NCBI RefSeq assembly: GCF_036365525.1
Contig: NC_090404.1
Coordinates: 11,374,550-11,438,549, forward strand
DNA: 64,000 bases
Reading direction: 5' to 3'
Source of the DNA: Heterodontus francisci
Lineage: Eukaryota
Below, in pieces: positions 32,655-45,790 of this stretch. Positions within the stretch are counted from its first letter, which is position 1. The number at the start of each line of letters is the position of its first letter. Made by a program: the position numbers and the translations under genes. The notes under the pieces are model-generated. The model did not search any database, was not told the origin of the DNA, and saw only the letters and a list, made by a program, of their open reading frames with translations.

Positions 32655-33307
32655 AAAAAAAATTATTTTATTTAGAGATACAGCACTGAAACAGGCCCTT
32701 CGGCCCACCGAGTCTGTGCCGACCAACAACCACCCATTTATACTAATCCTACATTAACCCCATATTCCCTACCACATCCCCACCATTCTCCTACCACCTA
32801 TCTACACTAGGGGCAATTTACAATGGCCAATTTACCTCTCAACCTGTAAGTCTTTGGCTGTGGGAGGAAACCGGAGTACCCGGCAGAAACCCACGCGGTC
32901 ACAGGGAGAACTTGCAAACTCTGCACAGGCAGTACGCAGAACTGAACCCAGGTCGCTGGAGCTGTGAGGCTGCGGTGCTAACCACTGCGCCACCCCGTTT
33001 TAATTTTTGGAGAAACAGCACTGAAACAGGCCCTTCGGCCCACCAAGTCTGTGCCGACCAACAATCACCCATTTATACTAACCCTACAGTAATCCCATAT
33101 TCCCTACCACCTACCTACACTGGGGGCAATTTACAACAGCCAATTTACCTATCACCTGCAAGTCTTTGGCTGTGGGAGGAAACTGGAGCACCCGGCGAAA
33201 ACCCACGTGGTCACAGGGAGAACTTGCAAATTCCGCACAGGCAGTACACAGAATCGAACCCGGGTCTCTGGAGCTGTGAGGCTGCGGTGCTAACCACTGT
33301 GCTGCCC
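32655..33307 (-). mobile_element. Two tandem HE1-like tRNA SINEs in the 3' UTR of a ZNF gene
   Basis: Two ~300-340 bp copies, each with a gcagtggttagcaccgcagcctcacagctccag head and a gggccgaagggcctgtttcagtgctgt tail. Confidence 0.88.
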
Positions 33308-33350
33308 TTGAATTGACAGAAACAATAACAGCAGAATCCAATGCCTGCAG

Positions 33351-34445
33351 TCACTTGTGAACTTGCTGGTGTCTCTGTAGGTGGGATAACTGAGTGAATC
33401 CCTTTCCACACACGGAGCAGGTGAATGGCCTCTCTCCAGTGTGAACTCGCTGGTGTTTCAGAAGGTTGGACGAATGATTAAATCCCTTCCCACACACAGA
33501 GCAGGTGAAGGGTCTCTCCCCAGTGTGAACTCGCTGGTGTGCCAGAAGGTTGGACGATTGCTTAAATCCCTGCCCACAAATGGAGCAGGAGAATGGCCTC
33601 TCCCCAGTGTGAACTTGCTGGTGTGTCAGCAGGTTAGATGATCGCTTAAATCCCTGCCCACAAATAGAACAGGTGAATGGCCTCTCCCCGGTGTGAATGC
33701 GCTGGTGTCTCAGCAGGAGGGTTGAATTTATGAATCCCTTCTCACACACGGAGCAGGTGAACGGCCTCTCCCCAGTGTGAACTCGCTGGTGTGCCAGAAG
33801 GTTGGACGATCGCTTAAATCCCTGCCCACACACAGAGCAGGTGAACGGTCTCTCCCCACTGTGAACTCGCTGGTGTGACCGCAGGTTGGATGAATCCATG
33901 AATCTCTTCTCACACACGGAGCAGGAGAATGGCCTCTCCCCCGTGTGAACTCGCTGGTGTGTCAGAAGGTTGGACAATCGCTTAAATTCCTGCCCACACA
34001 TGGAGCAGATGAACGGCCTCTCCCCAGTGTGAACTTGCTGGTGTGTCAGAAGGTCGGACAATTGACGAAATCCCTTCCCACACACAGAGCAGGTGAATGG
34101 CCTCTCCGCGGTGTGAACTCGCTGGTGTGCTCGGAGGTGGGATGAATCAATGAATCCCTTCTCACACACAGAGCAGGTGAACGGCCTCTCTCCTGTATGA
34201 ACCAGCTGGTGTTTCAACAGGTCGGATGACTGAGTGAATCCCTTCCCACAGATGGAGCAGGTGAAAGGTCTCTCCCCAGTGTGAACTCGCTGGTGTGTCA
34301 GAAGGTTGGACGATCGCTTAAATCCCTGCCCACAAATGGAGCAGGTGAACGGCCTTTCCCTAGTGTGACTCGGTCGATGTGTTTCCAGCTCAGATGGGTA
34401 ATTGAATCCCTTCCCACATTCCCCACATTTCCACGGTTTCTCCGT
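33351..34445 (-). CDS. C2H2 zinc-finger protein frame, 13 fingers; expected start ATG mutated to ACG
   Basis: Uninterrupted frame (T)[13 protein letters not shown]...HQQVHK* of 365 codons. Paralog-type acceptor near 34797. Confidence 0.82.
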   Translation of the reverse strand, partial: TEKPWKCGECGKGFNYPSELETHRPSHTRERPFTCSICGQGFKRSSNLLTHQRVHTGERPFTCSICGKGFTQSSDLLKHQLVHTGERPFTCSVCEKGFIDSSHLRAHQRVHTAERPFTCSVCGKGFRQLSDLLTHQQVHTGERPFICSMCGQEFKRLSNLLTHQRVHTGERPFSCSVCEKRFMDSSNLRSHQRVHSGERPFTCSVCGQGFKRSSNLLAHQRVHTGERPFTCSVCEKGFINSTLLLRHQRIHTGERPFTCSICGQGFKRSSNLLTHQQVHTGERPFSCSICGQGFKQSSNLLAHQRVHTGERPFTCSVCGKGFNHSSNLLKHQRVHTGERPFTCSVCGKGFTQLSHLQRHQQVHK

Positions 34446-35089
34446 GGTGTGGGTGTACTTGTGTTTCTCCAGATTGGATGATCAGTTGAAGCCTCGGCCA
34501 TACACAGAACTCACCACTGTGAATGGGGTGATGATTTTTCAGGCTGTGTAACTGGTTAAAGCTCTTTCCACAGTCAGTTCACTGGAACACTCTCACTCGG
34601 GTGTGTGTGTCTCGGTGCTGTTCCAGTTACACTGATGTTTGAATTCTTTTCCCACAGACAGAACAGACAAATATTTCTCCTTCCACATTCAAAGGCCAAT
34701 GATATTCCGATCTGATAAATAGAGTGACTCTGTAAGACCTTGAGGTGATCTTTGGTTTGAGTTTCCTGTTTGCAAATCCTCCTCTTCCAATCCCCTGTAA
34801 AAGCATTTCAAGAAAGCCATCACTGTCAATACAGGATAGAAATTCTGAACAGACAATTCTAGTTTCTACGCAACATTTCTTCCTCTCTTGTTCCCCCAAA
34901 GCTGTAAATCCCCATCCCACACACTCTGCCTCCTCCCTGTGCTGAAATCCAAACCTATTACACCATTTCTTTCCTCCACTGCCAGTTTTCTCCCTCCCTC
35001 TACTCTGACTGGGTTCAGTTCTCCAGCCCCTGTGTGCAGAGTGAGAATCAAATCAATGAGTCAATGATTTTTTCTCGGAGTCACTGAGA

Positions 35090-35420
35090 CCCTGAAGCCC
35101 CGCCCACTCCGTGGTCGTCATCAAGATAGCTGCGCATGCGCTCCGCTCCTCGCTCAAACAAGATGGCCGCCATTTAACTGGGCCTGTTCGGGAAAAAGCC
35201 CCGGAGCTGCAAAAGTGCGACCTGGAGGTACTGATTCGGGGCTTGCGGCCTACACCAGGTGTTTATGAAGCCTCCCCACCCATCCGCCGACTCCATTCCT
35301 CCCCTGCGCCCCGCCGACACTCACCTACCACAAAAGCGCCTCCAGTGCTCGCACAGTTCTGATCAAAGTGATACTGCGCATGCTCCAGATACTGTCCAAC
35401 ACTGCGCCTGCGCACTGGGC
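35090..35420 (-). promoter_or_regulatory. CpG-rich promoter of the minus-strand ZNF gene
   Basis: NRF1-type TGCGCATGCGC at 35131-35141, further GCGCATGC-like sites, overlapping YY1-type CAAGATGGCCGCCATTT near 35159-35175, and a GC box. Confidence 0.65.
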
Positions 35421-35774
35421 TCCTCTGGTGTGAATTTCACAGAATGGTTCAGCCCAGGAAATGACTGTGATGGATATTCTACAAAGACAGTCCTGAGTCT
35501 TTCAGTGCCGTCAACTATCTATCTATGATTCTACCAATTTAAGATAGGCGCTAACTCCCTAACAGTAAACCCACTTAAAATAAGTTGGTGAAAATCTGCA
35601 TTAAAATATCAGATGAAGGAGTTTACATGATCTTATTAACTGCTGGTACAATTATGCAACAGACATTTGATCTCCAGGTAAAGGAGGACCTGCAGCGTGT
35701 TTCCAGGAATTCCCTGTTTTATTGAAGTGAGTTAGACACCAGAATAACTAAAGATACATGACCCTGAATCACAG

Positions 35775-36230
35775 AATTGTTACAGCATTCGGCCCGTTCT
35801 GTCTGCACTGGCTCTCTCAAGGAGCAATTTCCCTACTGCCACTCCCCTGCCTTTTCCCATTATCACATTTTCAGAAACAATCAAATTCCCTCCTGAATCC
35901 CTGAATCCAATTACTTTAAATCTGTGCCCTCTTGTCCTCGAATCTTCCACCAATGGGAACAATTTTTCCTGATCTGTTCTGTCCCGATTCCTCAGAATTT
36001 TGAATACCTCTAGCAAATCTCCTCTCAACTTTCTCTTCAAAAAAAACAGTCCCAACTTCTCCAATCTATCTACCTAACTGATATACCTCATTCCTGGAAT
36101 CATTCTCATGAAACTTTTCTACACTCTCTCTAATGTCTTCACATATTCCTGAAGTGTGGTGTGAAGTACTGGACGCAATACACCAGTTGAGGCTGAACCA
36201 GTGTTTTATACAAGTTTAACGTAACTCCCT
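35775..36230 (-). mobile_element. Old CR1 3' fragment
   Basis: LRGDLLEVFKIL...TRGHRFKV. Confidence 0.75.
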
Positions 36231-36689
36231 TCGGGCACATTTACTTCCACGGGGAATGCTGGGGAATGCTTTGTAATTGGAATACCCAGTCAGTGGTTGG
36301 AAATTCATTTTCTGTGATCCTACTGAGATGAAATTCATGGAGAATTCACACAGGAACACAAGTTCAAGGGCCCTCTGCTCTGCTGCAGTCTAGTGGGACG
36401 GGAATTTACAGCTTTGGGGGAACAAGAGAGGAGAAAATGTTCCATAGAACCTAGAATTGTCTGTTCTGAAATTCTATCCTGGACTGACAGTGATGACTTT
36501 TCTGAACTCCTTTTACAGGGTATTAGAAGGGGAGAATTTGCAGACATTGATTTTATTCTCACTCTGCACACAGGGTGTTTCACACCATCTTTCCCGAAAG
36601 TGCTGGTAAGTGCCGGGGTTACTGTTTACATCCCGTTGAATTGTAACTGAATGATCTGAAATTCTTGAACTCAGTCTTGAGTCTGGGAG

Positions 36690-37290
36690 ATTTATGAGCT
36701 GCTGTCCATTGAATTTCTGTTTAGCATCATTAGACCAGTGTCGGAGGTTGAGTACAGAGAGGGGAGAGTGGGAGTGGAACAGAGAATTAAGATGACACGC
36801 GACCAGAAGCTCAGGGTCATGCTGGCGAACTGAACAAAGCAGTCACCTAATTTGCTTTTGGTCTCACCAGCATAGAGAAACCACATCATGGGCAGTGAAT
36901 ACAGTATATAAAATTGAAAGACGTACAGGTAAAGAACTATTTCACCATTTGGTGCCTTGGACAATGAGAAGGGAGGAGTTGAAAGGGCAGATGTTACATC
37001 TCCTGTGCTTGCATGGGAAGGGAAGTAGGTGTTGGATGTGATAGAGGTTTGGAGCAGGGTGTTGCGAATGGAATGGTCCCTTTGGAATGCCGAAAGGAGA
37101 GGGGAAGATGTGTTTGGTGGTAACATCGTGCTGGAGGTAGGGGGAAATGACAGACGATGATGTGTTGAATGTGGAGGCCTGGGGGTTGGAAGGTGAAGAC
37201 AAGGAGAACCCTATCGTGCTTCTGGGGGATGGGGTGGGAGCAAAAGTGTGGGAAATGGAATAGAACAGGAGGGCAAAGGCTGGAGGGAAT
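36690..37290 (-). mobile_element. Degraded Penelope-like GIY-YIG fragment
   Basis: SAFQRDHSIRNTL and LYAGETKSKLGDCF, homologous to 25154-25554. Confidence 0.75.
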
Positions 37291-37624
37291 GTGTTAATAA
37301 ACCCTGGGGCAATGTGGGCTTTACACACACTGAGTGCAGCGCCAGGCCCCAATATTAAACAGGGAACATTATCCAATTTACAAACACCAGGTGTAGGCCT
37401 CAAACCCAGAATAAGAAGCTGCCAGTGCCGCGTTTGCACCAAGCAGGACGGCAGCTGTGGAGTTTCTCCAAGTGACAGGCATGGGTTAATGGCTGCCATC
37501 TTTCTAGGGGGCAATGTGCAGCAGGAAGCATGCACGGCCATCCTGGGCCAGGAAGCAGGAGGAGAGAATGTTGTGAATTTCTATCCTGGACTGACAGTGA
37601 TGGCTTTTGTAAACTCCTTTTACA

Positions 37625-38905
37625 GGGGATTAGAGGGGGAGGATTTAAAGACAGGGAAACACAAACTGAACATCACATCAAGATCTGAAAAAGGCACTCG
37701 ATTCATCAGGACCTGAATAACATTGTCTTTTGAATGTGGAAGGAGAAATGTTTGTCTGTTCTGTCTGTGGTAAAAGATTTCAAACATCAGTATGACTGGA
37801 AAAGCGCCGAGACACACACACCTGAGAGAGAGTTTTCCAGTGCACTGACTGTGGAAAGAACTTTAACCAGTTACACAGCCTGAAAAAATATCACCCCATT
37901 CACAGTGGGGAGAAGATGTACACATGTTCTGTGTGTGAGCAAGGCTTCAAGTGAGCATCCAACCTGGAGAGACACAAGGATACCCGCACCACAGAGAAAC
38001 TGTGGAAATGTAGGGAATGTGGGAAGGGATTCAATTCCCCTTCCCAGTTGGAAGTTCATTGGTGCAGCCATAAGGGGGAAAGGCCTCTCACTTGCTCCGT
38101 GTGTGGGAAAGGATTCGCTCACATCTGATTTGCTGACACACCAGAAAAGTCACACTGATCATCGACCTTGTAAATGTTCTGACTGTGAGAAGAGCTTTCA
38201 AAGCAGAAATGTGCTGCTGAAACACCCACGTACTCACACTGGGGAGAGGCCATTCACTTGTTCTTTGTGTGAGAAGGGATTCACTTGGTCATATCAGCTT
38301 CTGAGGAGGCGGTGGCGTACTGGTATTGTCACTGGACTAGTAACCCAGAGACCCAGGGTATTGCTCTGGGGACATGGGTTCGAATCCCACCACAGCAGAA
38401 GGTGGAATTTGAATTCAATTAAAAAATCTGGAATTTAAAGCTAATCTAATGATGGCCATGAAATCATTGTCGATTGTTGTAAAAACCCATCTGGTTCACT
38501 AATGTCCTTTAGGGAAGGAAATCTGCTGTCCTCACCTGGTCTGGCCTACATGTGACTCCAGATCCACAGCAATGTGGTTGAATCTTACATGCCCTCGAAA
38601 TGGCCTAGCAAGCTACTCAGTTCAGGGGCAATTAGGGATGGGCAATAAATGCTGGCCTGGCCTGCGACGCCCACATCCCATGAATGAATTTTAAAAAAAA
38701 ATTCACGAGGTCATCTGACCTTCTGACACACCAATGGGTTCACAATGGGGAGAAGCCATTCACCTGCTCAGTGTATGGGAAGGGAGTCACAAGGTCATCA
38801 CACCAGCGAGTTCACACCAGGGAGAGACTGTTCACCTGCTCCGTGTGTGGGAAGACATTCAACAATTCATCAAAACTGCTGACACACCAGCAAGTTCACA
38901 AGTAA
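37625..38905 (+). pseudogene. C2H2 ZNF pseudogene, frameshifted and split by a SINE
   Basis: tccttttacag acceptor; finger fragments [24 protein letters not shown]...HQQVHK; SINE at 38305-38700. Confidence 0.85.
38305..38700 (+). mobile_element. tRNA-derived SINE (second family) with L2/Crack-like 3' tail
   Basis: tggcgtactgg A box and ggttcgaatccc B box. The tail gggcaattagggatgggcaataaatgctggcc matches the LINE tail at ~49963-50040. Confidence 0.85.
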
Positions 38906-39593
38906 CTACAGGGCTTGGATTCTGTTGTTATTGCTGCTGTTAATCACATCCAGGACTGAACCATGTTCATTCTGACAGTTTGGGATTATTGCTGCTGATG
39001 TTAATATCCCTATAACTGGGCTGGAGTATAATATTTTGATACCTGTTAAGTAAATCAGTTTTGCATCAAACACAGTGTCAGATATTTAATTTCTCCAAGA
39101 TAAGAGGAGACTAATTGATATTTTGTTACCAAATGCTCCATTTTTGGGCTGTTTCTCCTTTCTTACCTCCAGATTATATCAGTTCTCATGGACAAGTCCC
39201 AACTCCCCATACCTTCCAGAGTGCATCTCTGAGCCTTGGGATCCAGGGAAAGTGTTGGTAACACACCCGGGATCACTAAACACAAAGCCCAGTCTGTTAA
39301 TCACTTTCAGCTACTGGACTTAGTGTGTGTCCCACAGCATCTCTCTCACCTTCGATGTGTGAATACAGCATCACACCTGAAAACTTGGTTGAAAGTTAAA
39401 TTCACTCAGCAAATGTGTTGAACAAATGAATAAGAAAACACATCACAGCCCAATTCTCCATCTCGATATTTACAGGGGAACAATCTGTTATCTAACACCT
39501 CGAGCAGACAGAATAAACAAAGATCCAAACTGTACAAACCTCTAGAATCCATTGCAAATGCTTTTCAAATCCTGACTGGCACAAGCTGGCACA

Positions 39594-41410
39594 GGCTTTT
39601 TATACATATATAAAGAACAAGAGGGTAACCAGGGAAAGGGTTGGCCCACTCAAGGACAGAGATGGGAATCTATGCGTGGAGCCAGAGGAAATGGGTGAGG
39701 TGCTAAATGAGTACTTTGCATCAGTATTCACCAAGGAGAAGGACTTGGTGGATGATGAGCCTAGGGAAGGGAGTGCAGATAGTCTCAGTCATCTCATTAT
39801 CAAAAAGGAGGAGGTGTTGGGTGTCTTGCAGAGCATTAAGGTAGATAAGTCCCCAGGGCCTGATGGGATCTACCCTAGAATACTGAGGGAGGCAAGGGAA
39901 GAAATTGCTGGGGCCTTGACAGAAATCTTTGCATCCTCATTGGCTACAGGTGAGGTCCCAGAGGACTGGAGAATAGCCAATGTTGTTCCTTTGTTTAAGA
40001 AGGGTGGTAAGGATAATCCAGGAAATTATAGGCCGGTGAGCCTTACGTCAGTGGTAGGGAAACTATTAGAGAGGATTCTTCGGGACAGGATTTACTCCCA
40101 TTTGGAAACATACGAACTTATTAGCGAGAGACAGCATGGTTTTGTGAAGGGGAGGTCGTGTCTTACTAATTTGATTGAGTTTTTTGAGGAAGTGACGAAG
40201 ATGATTGATGAGGGAAGAGCGGTGGATGTTGTCTATATGGACTTTAATAAAGTCTTTGACAAGGTCCCGCATGGCAGACTGGTACAAAAGGTGAAGTCAC
40301 ACGGGATCAGAGGTGAGCTGGCAAGATGGATACAGAACTGGCTCGGTCACAGAAGACAGAGGGTAACAGTGGATGGGTGTTTTTCTGAATGGAGGGATGT
40401 GACTAGTGGTGTTCCGCAGGGATCAGTGCTGTTTGTAGTACATATAAATGATTTGGAGGAAAATGTAGCTGGTCTGATTAGTAAGTTTGCGGATGACACA
40501 AAGGTTGGTGGAGTTGAGGATAATGATGAGGATTGTCAGAGGATACAGCAGGATATAGATCGGTTGGAGACTTGGGCGGAGAAATGGCAGATGGAGTTTA
40601 ATCCGGACAAATGTGAGGTTATGCATTTTGGAAGGTCTAATGCAGGTGGGAGGTATACAGTAAATGGCAGAACCCTTAGGAGTATTGACAGGCAGAGAGA
40701 TCCGGGTGCACAGGTCCACAGGTCATTGAAAGTGGCAACACAGGTGGATAAGGTAGTCAAGAAGGCATACGGCATGCTTGCCTTCATCGGTCGGGGCATA
40801 GAGTATAAAAATTGGCAAGTCATGTTGCAGCTGTACAGAACCTTAGTTAGGACACACTTAGAATATTGCGTGGAATTCTGGTTGCCACACTACCAGAAGG
40901 ACGTGGAGGCTTTGGAGAGGGTACAGAGGAGGTTTACCAGGATGTTGCCTGGTCTGGAGGGCATTAGCTATGAGGAGAGGTTGGAAAAACTTGGATTGTT
41001 TTCACTGGAACGATGGAGGTGGAGGGGCGACATGATAGAGGTTTACAAAGTTATGAGTGGCATGGACAGAGTGGATAGTCAGAAGCTTTTTCCCAGGGTG
41101 GAAGAGTCAGTTACTAGGGGACATAGTTTTAAGGTGCGAGGGGCAAAGTTTAGAGGGAATGTGCGAGGCAAGTTTTTTACACAGAGGGTGGTGAGTGCCT
41201 GAAACTTGCTGCCTGGGGAGGTGGTGGAAGCAGATACAATAGAGACGTTTAAGAGACATCTTGACAAATATACGAATAGGAAGGGAATAGAGGGATATGG
41301 GCCCTGGAAGTGCAGAAGGTGTTAGTTTAGGCAGGCATCAAGATTGGCGCAGGCTTGGAGGGCCAAATGGCCTGTTCCTGTGCTGTACTGTTCTTTGTTC
41401 TTTTGTTCTT
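39594..41410 (+). mobile_element. 5'-truncated CR1 LINE (RT)
   Basis: ORF 39676-41202 with QHGFVKGRSCLTNL and FADDTK; ttctttgttc tail. Confidence 0.93.
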
Positions 41411-41599
41411 TATTTCCTTTCAATGAAGTCAATTCACATCTCCCTCTAGTTTCTCTCATCATTCCCTCTCCCAGCTCATCGTGTCCATGTGACCCACATC
41501 TTGCCCCCTTGACCCTATCCCCATTGAACTTCTGACCAATCAGCTTTCCTCTCTGGCTCCTACATTAGTAGGACAGTACCCGAGGAGGTGGATACATTA

Positions 41600-41785
41600 A
41601 CAAGTTCCAGGCACTCACCACCCTCTGTGTAAAAATACTTGCCTCGCACATCCCCTCTAAACCTTGCCCCTCGCACCTTAAACCTATGTCCCCTAGTAAC
41701 TGACTCTTCCACCCTGGGAAAAAGCTTCTGACTATCCACTCTGTCCATGCCGCTCATAACTTTGTAAACCTCTATCATGTCGCTT
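41600..41785 (-). mobile_element. CR1 fragment
   Basis: MIEVYKVMSGMDRVDSQKLFP. Confidence 0.8.
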
Positions 41786-41794
41786 ATTAGAAAT

Positions 41795-42160
41795 TCTTCT
41801 TCTTCTTCTTTGGCCTCCTTATCTCAAGAGACAATGGGTAAGCGCCTGGAGGTGGTCAGTGGTTTGTGGAGCAGCGCCTGGAGTGACTATAAAGGCCAAT
41901 TCTAGAGTGGCAGGCTCTTCCACAGGTGCTGCAGAAAAATGTGATTGTCGGGGCTGTTACACAGTTGGCTCTCCCCTTGCGCTTTTGTCTTTTTTCCTGC
42001 CAACTGCTAAGTCTCTTCGACTCGCCACACTTTAGCCCCGCCTTTATGACTGCCGCCAGCTCTGGCGAACGCTGGCAACTGACTCCCACGACTTGTGATC
42101 AATGTCACAGGATTTCATGTCGCGTTTGCAGACGTCTTTGAAGCAGAGACATGGACGGCC
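41795..42160 (-). mobile_element. RTE-clade LINE 3' end
   Basis: C-terminal CSTCGRACHSRIGLYSH finger and a (GAA)n tail. Confidence 0.8.
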
Positions 42161-42461
42161 ATAGAAGTTTACATATTCCTAAGAGGGATCTGCTGTTTCT
42201 TCAGATGAGATCTGGAAATAAATGGCAATACCTGGCACAACCCATCATGGTTAACATAGAGTCAGGATGAGGATGGGATTAATCACCAGGAGATAAAGAG
42301 AGCAATGCCTCCATTTTAATTCCCTCCATAGCCTTGTCCCTCCCTATCTCTGGTATCTCCTTCATTCTCAAAACCTTCTGAGATCTCTGCATTCCTCTGA
42401 TTCTGGCCTCATCAGCAATCCCAAATTTAATCACTCTACCACTAGTGGCCATGTTTTTTTT

Positions 42462-45400
42462 TTTAGAATTAGAATTAGAATATTACAGCGCAGTACAGGC
42501 CCTTCGGCCCTCGATGTTGCGCCGATCATCTGACCTACACTATTCCATTTACATCCATATGTCTATCCAATGACCACTTAAATGCCCTTAAAGTTGGCGA
42601 GTCTACTACTGTTGCAGGCAGGGCGTTCCACGCCCCTACTACTCTCTGCGTAAAGAAACTACCTCTGACATCTGTCCTATATCTTTCACCCCTCAACTTA
42701 AAGCTATGTCCCCTCGTGTTTGCCATCCTCATCCGAGGAAAAAGACTCTCACTATCCACCCTATCTAACCCTCTGATTATCTTGTATGTCTCTATTAAGT
42801 CACCTCTCCTCCTCCTTCTCTCTAACGAAAACAACCCCAAGTCCCTCAGCCTTTCCTCGTAAGACCTTCCTTCCATACCAGGCAACATCCTAGTAAATCT
42901 CCTCTGCACCCTTTCCAAAGCTTCGACATCCTTCCTATAATGCGGTGACCAGAACTGCACGCAATACTCCAGGTGCGGCCTCACCAGAGTTTTGTACAGC
43001 TGCATCATGACCCCGTGGCTCTGAAACTCGATCCCCCTACTAATAAAGGCTAACACACCATATGCCTTCTTAACAGCCCTATTAACCTGGGTAGCAACTT
43101 TCAGGGATTTATGTACCTGGATACCAAGATCTCTCTGCTCATCTACACTACCAAGAATCTTCCCATTAGCCCAGTACTCTGCATTGCTGTTACTCCTTCC
43201 AAAGTGAATCACCTCACACTTCTCCGCATTAAACTCCATTTGCCATCTCTCAGCCCAGCTCTGCAGCCTATCTATGTCCCTCTGTACCCTACAACACCCT
43301 TCGACACTATCCACAACTCCACCGACCTTCGTGTCATCCGCAAATTTACTAACCCACCCTTCTACACCCTCATCCAGGTCGTTTATAAAAATGACAAACA
43401 GCAGTGGCCCCAAAACAGAACCTTGCGGTACACCACTAGTAACTAAACTCCAGGATGAACATTTGCCATCAACCACCACCCTCTGTCTTCTTTCAGCTAG
43501 CCAATTTCTGATCCAAAGCTCTAAATCACCTTCAACCCCATACTTGCGTATTTTCTGCAATAGCCTACCGTGGGGAACCTTATCAAACGCCTTACTGAAA
43601 TCCATATACACCACATCCACGGCTTTACCCTCATCCACCTGTTTGGTCACCTTCTCGAAAAACTCAATAAGGTTTGTGAGGCACGACCTACCTTTCACAA
43701 AACCGTGCTGACTATCGCAAATGAACTTATTCTTTTCAAGATGATTATAAATCCTGTCTCTTATAACCTTTTCCAACATTTTACCCACAACCGAAGTAAG
43801 GCTCACAGGTCTATAATTACCAGGGCTGTCTCTACTCCCCTTCTTGAACAAGGGGACAACATTTGCTATCCTCCAGTCCTCCGGCACTACTCCTGTCGAC
43901 AATGACGACTTAAAGATCAACAACAACGGCTCTGCAATCTCCTCCCTGGCTTCCCAGAGAATCCTAGGATAAATCCCATCTGGCCCAGGGGACTTATCTA
44001 TTTTCACTCTTTCCAAAATTGCTAACACCTCCTCCTTGTGAATCTCAATCCCATCTAGCCTAGTAGGCTGTATCTCAGTAATCTCCTCGGCAACATTTTC
44101 TTTCTCTACTGTAAATACTGACGAAAAATATTCATTTAACGCTTCCCCTATCTCCTCTGATTCCGCACACAACTTCCCACTACTATCCTTGATTGGCCCT
44201 GTTCTAACTCTTATCATTCGTTTATTCCTGATATACCTATAGAAAGCCTTAGGGTTTTCTTTGATCCTATCCGCCAATGACTTCTCGTGTCCTCTCCTTG
44301 CTCTTCTTAGCCCTCCCTTTAGATCCTTCCTGGCTAGCTTGTAACTCTCAAGCGCCCTAACTGAGCCTTCACGTCTCATCCTAACATAAGCCGCCCTCTT
44401 CCTCTTGACAAGCGCTTCAACTTCTTGAGTAAACCACGGCTCCCTTGCTCGACAACTTCCTCCCTGCCTGACAGGTACATACTTATCAAGGACACGCATT
44501 AGCTGCTCCTTGAATAAGCTCCACATTTCGTTTGTGCCCATCCCCTGCAGTTTCCTTCCCCATCCTACACATCCTAAATCTTGCCTAATCGCGTCATAAT
44601 TTCCTTTCCCCCAGCTATAATTCTTGCCCTGCGGTATATACCTGTCCCTGCCCATCGCTAAGGTAAACCTAACCGAATTGTGATCACTATCGCCAAAGTG
44701 CTCACCTACATCTAAATCAAACACCTGGCCGGGTTCATTACCCAGTACCAAATCCAATGTGGCATCGCCCCTGGTTGGCCTGTCCACATACTGTGTCAGA
44801 AAACCCTCCTGCACACACTGGACAAAAACAGACCCATCTAAAGTACTCGAACTATAGTATTTCCAGTCAATATTTGGAAAGTTAAAGTCCCCCATAACCA
44901 CTACCCTGTTACTCTCGCTCCTGTCGAGAATCATCTTCGCTATCCTTTCCTCTACATCTCTGGAACTATTCGGAGGTCTATAGAAAACTCCCAACAGGGT
45001 GACCTCTCCTCTCCTGTTTCTAACCTCGGCCCATACTACCTCAGTAGACGAGTCCTCAAACGTCCTTTCTGCCGCTGGAATACTTTCCTTGATTAACAAT
45101 GCCACACCCCCCCCCTCTTTTACCCTCTTCTCTGTTCTTTCTGAAACATCTAAATCCCGGAACCTGCAACATCCATTCCTGCCCCTGCTCTACCCATGTC
45201 TCCGAAATGGCCACAACATCAGGATCCCAGGTACCAACCCATGCTGCAAGCTCACCCACCTTATTCCGGATGCTCCTGGCGTTGAAGTAGACACACTTTA
45301 AACCAAGTTCTTGCTTGCCAGTGCCCTCTTGCGTCCCTGTAACCTTATCCCCTACCTCACTACTCTCAACAGCCTGTACACTGGAACTACAATTTAGGTT

Positions 45401-45570
45401 CCCATTCCCCTGCTGATTTAGTTTAAACCCCCCCGAAGAGCACTAACAAATCTCCCCCCCAGGATATTGGTACCCCTCTGGTTCAGGTGAAGACCATCCT
45501 GTTTGTAGAGGTCCCACCTACCCCAGAAAGAGCCCCAATTATCCAGGAAACCAAAACCCTCCCTCCTACT
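42462..45570 (-). mobile_element. CR1 LINE, near-complete ORF2 plus ORF1 C-terminus
   Basis: 856-aa frame 42535-45105 with a frameshift at a poly-G run; DGLHLN ORF1 motif; (TTCTAA)n tail. Confidence 0.95.
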
Positions 45571-45649
45571 TTCAGCTGCTTCAGACCAAAGCACTGGAAT
45601 TCCCTCCCTAAAGCTCTCACTTCTCATTGAAGATGTTCCTCAAAAGCTA

Positions 45650-45790
45650 CAGACACCAAATCTAGGGAGTACTTACACTGAGGCACCAAATACAGGAAAC
45701 ACTTATACTGAGGCACCAAATCCAGGGAGTACTTACACTGTGGCACCAAATACAGGGAGTACTTACACTGTGGCACCAAATACAGGGAGT
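45650..45790. repeat. 30-bp minisatellite, left part
   Basis: (cagggagtacttacactgtggcaccaaata)n. Confidence 0.9.

Noticed and set aside
45650-45790. CRISPR-like appearance of short regular repeats (also 11785-12300)
   Set aside because: Head-to-tail units with no unique spacers, no cas genes, vertebrate context.
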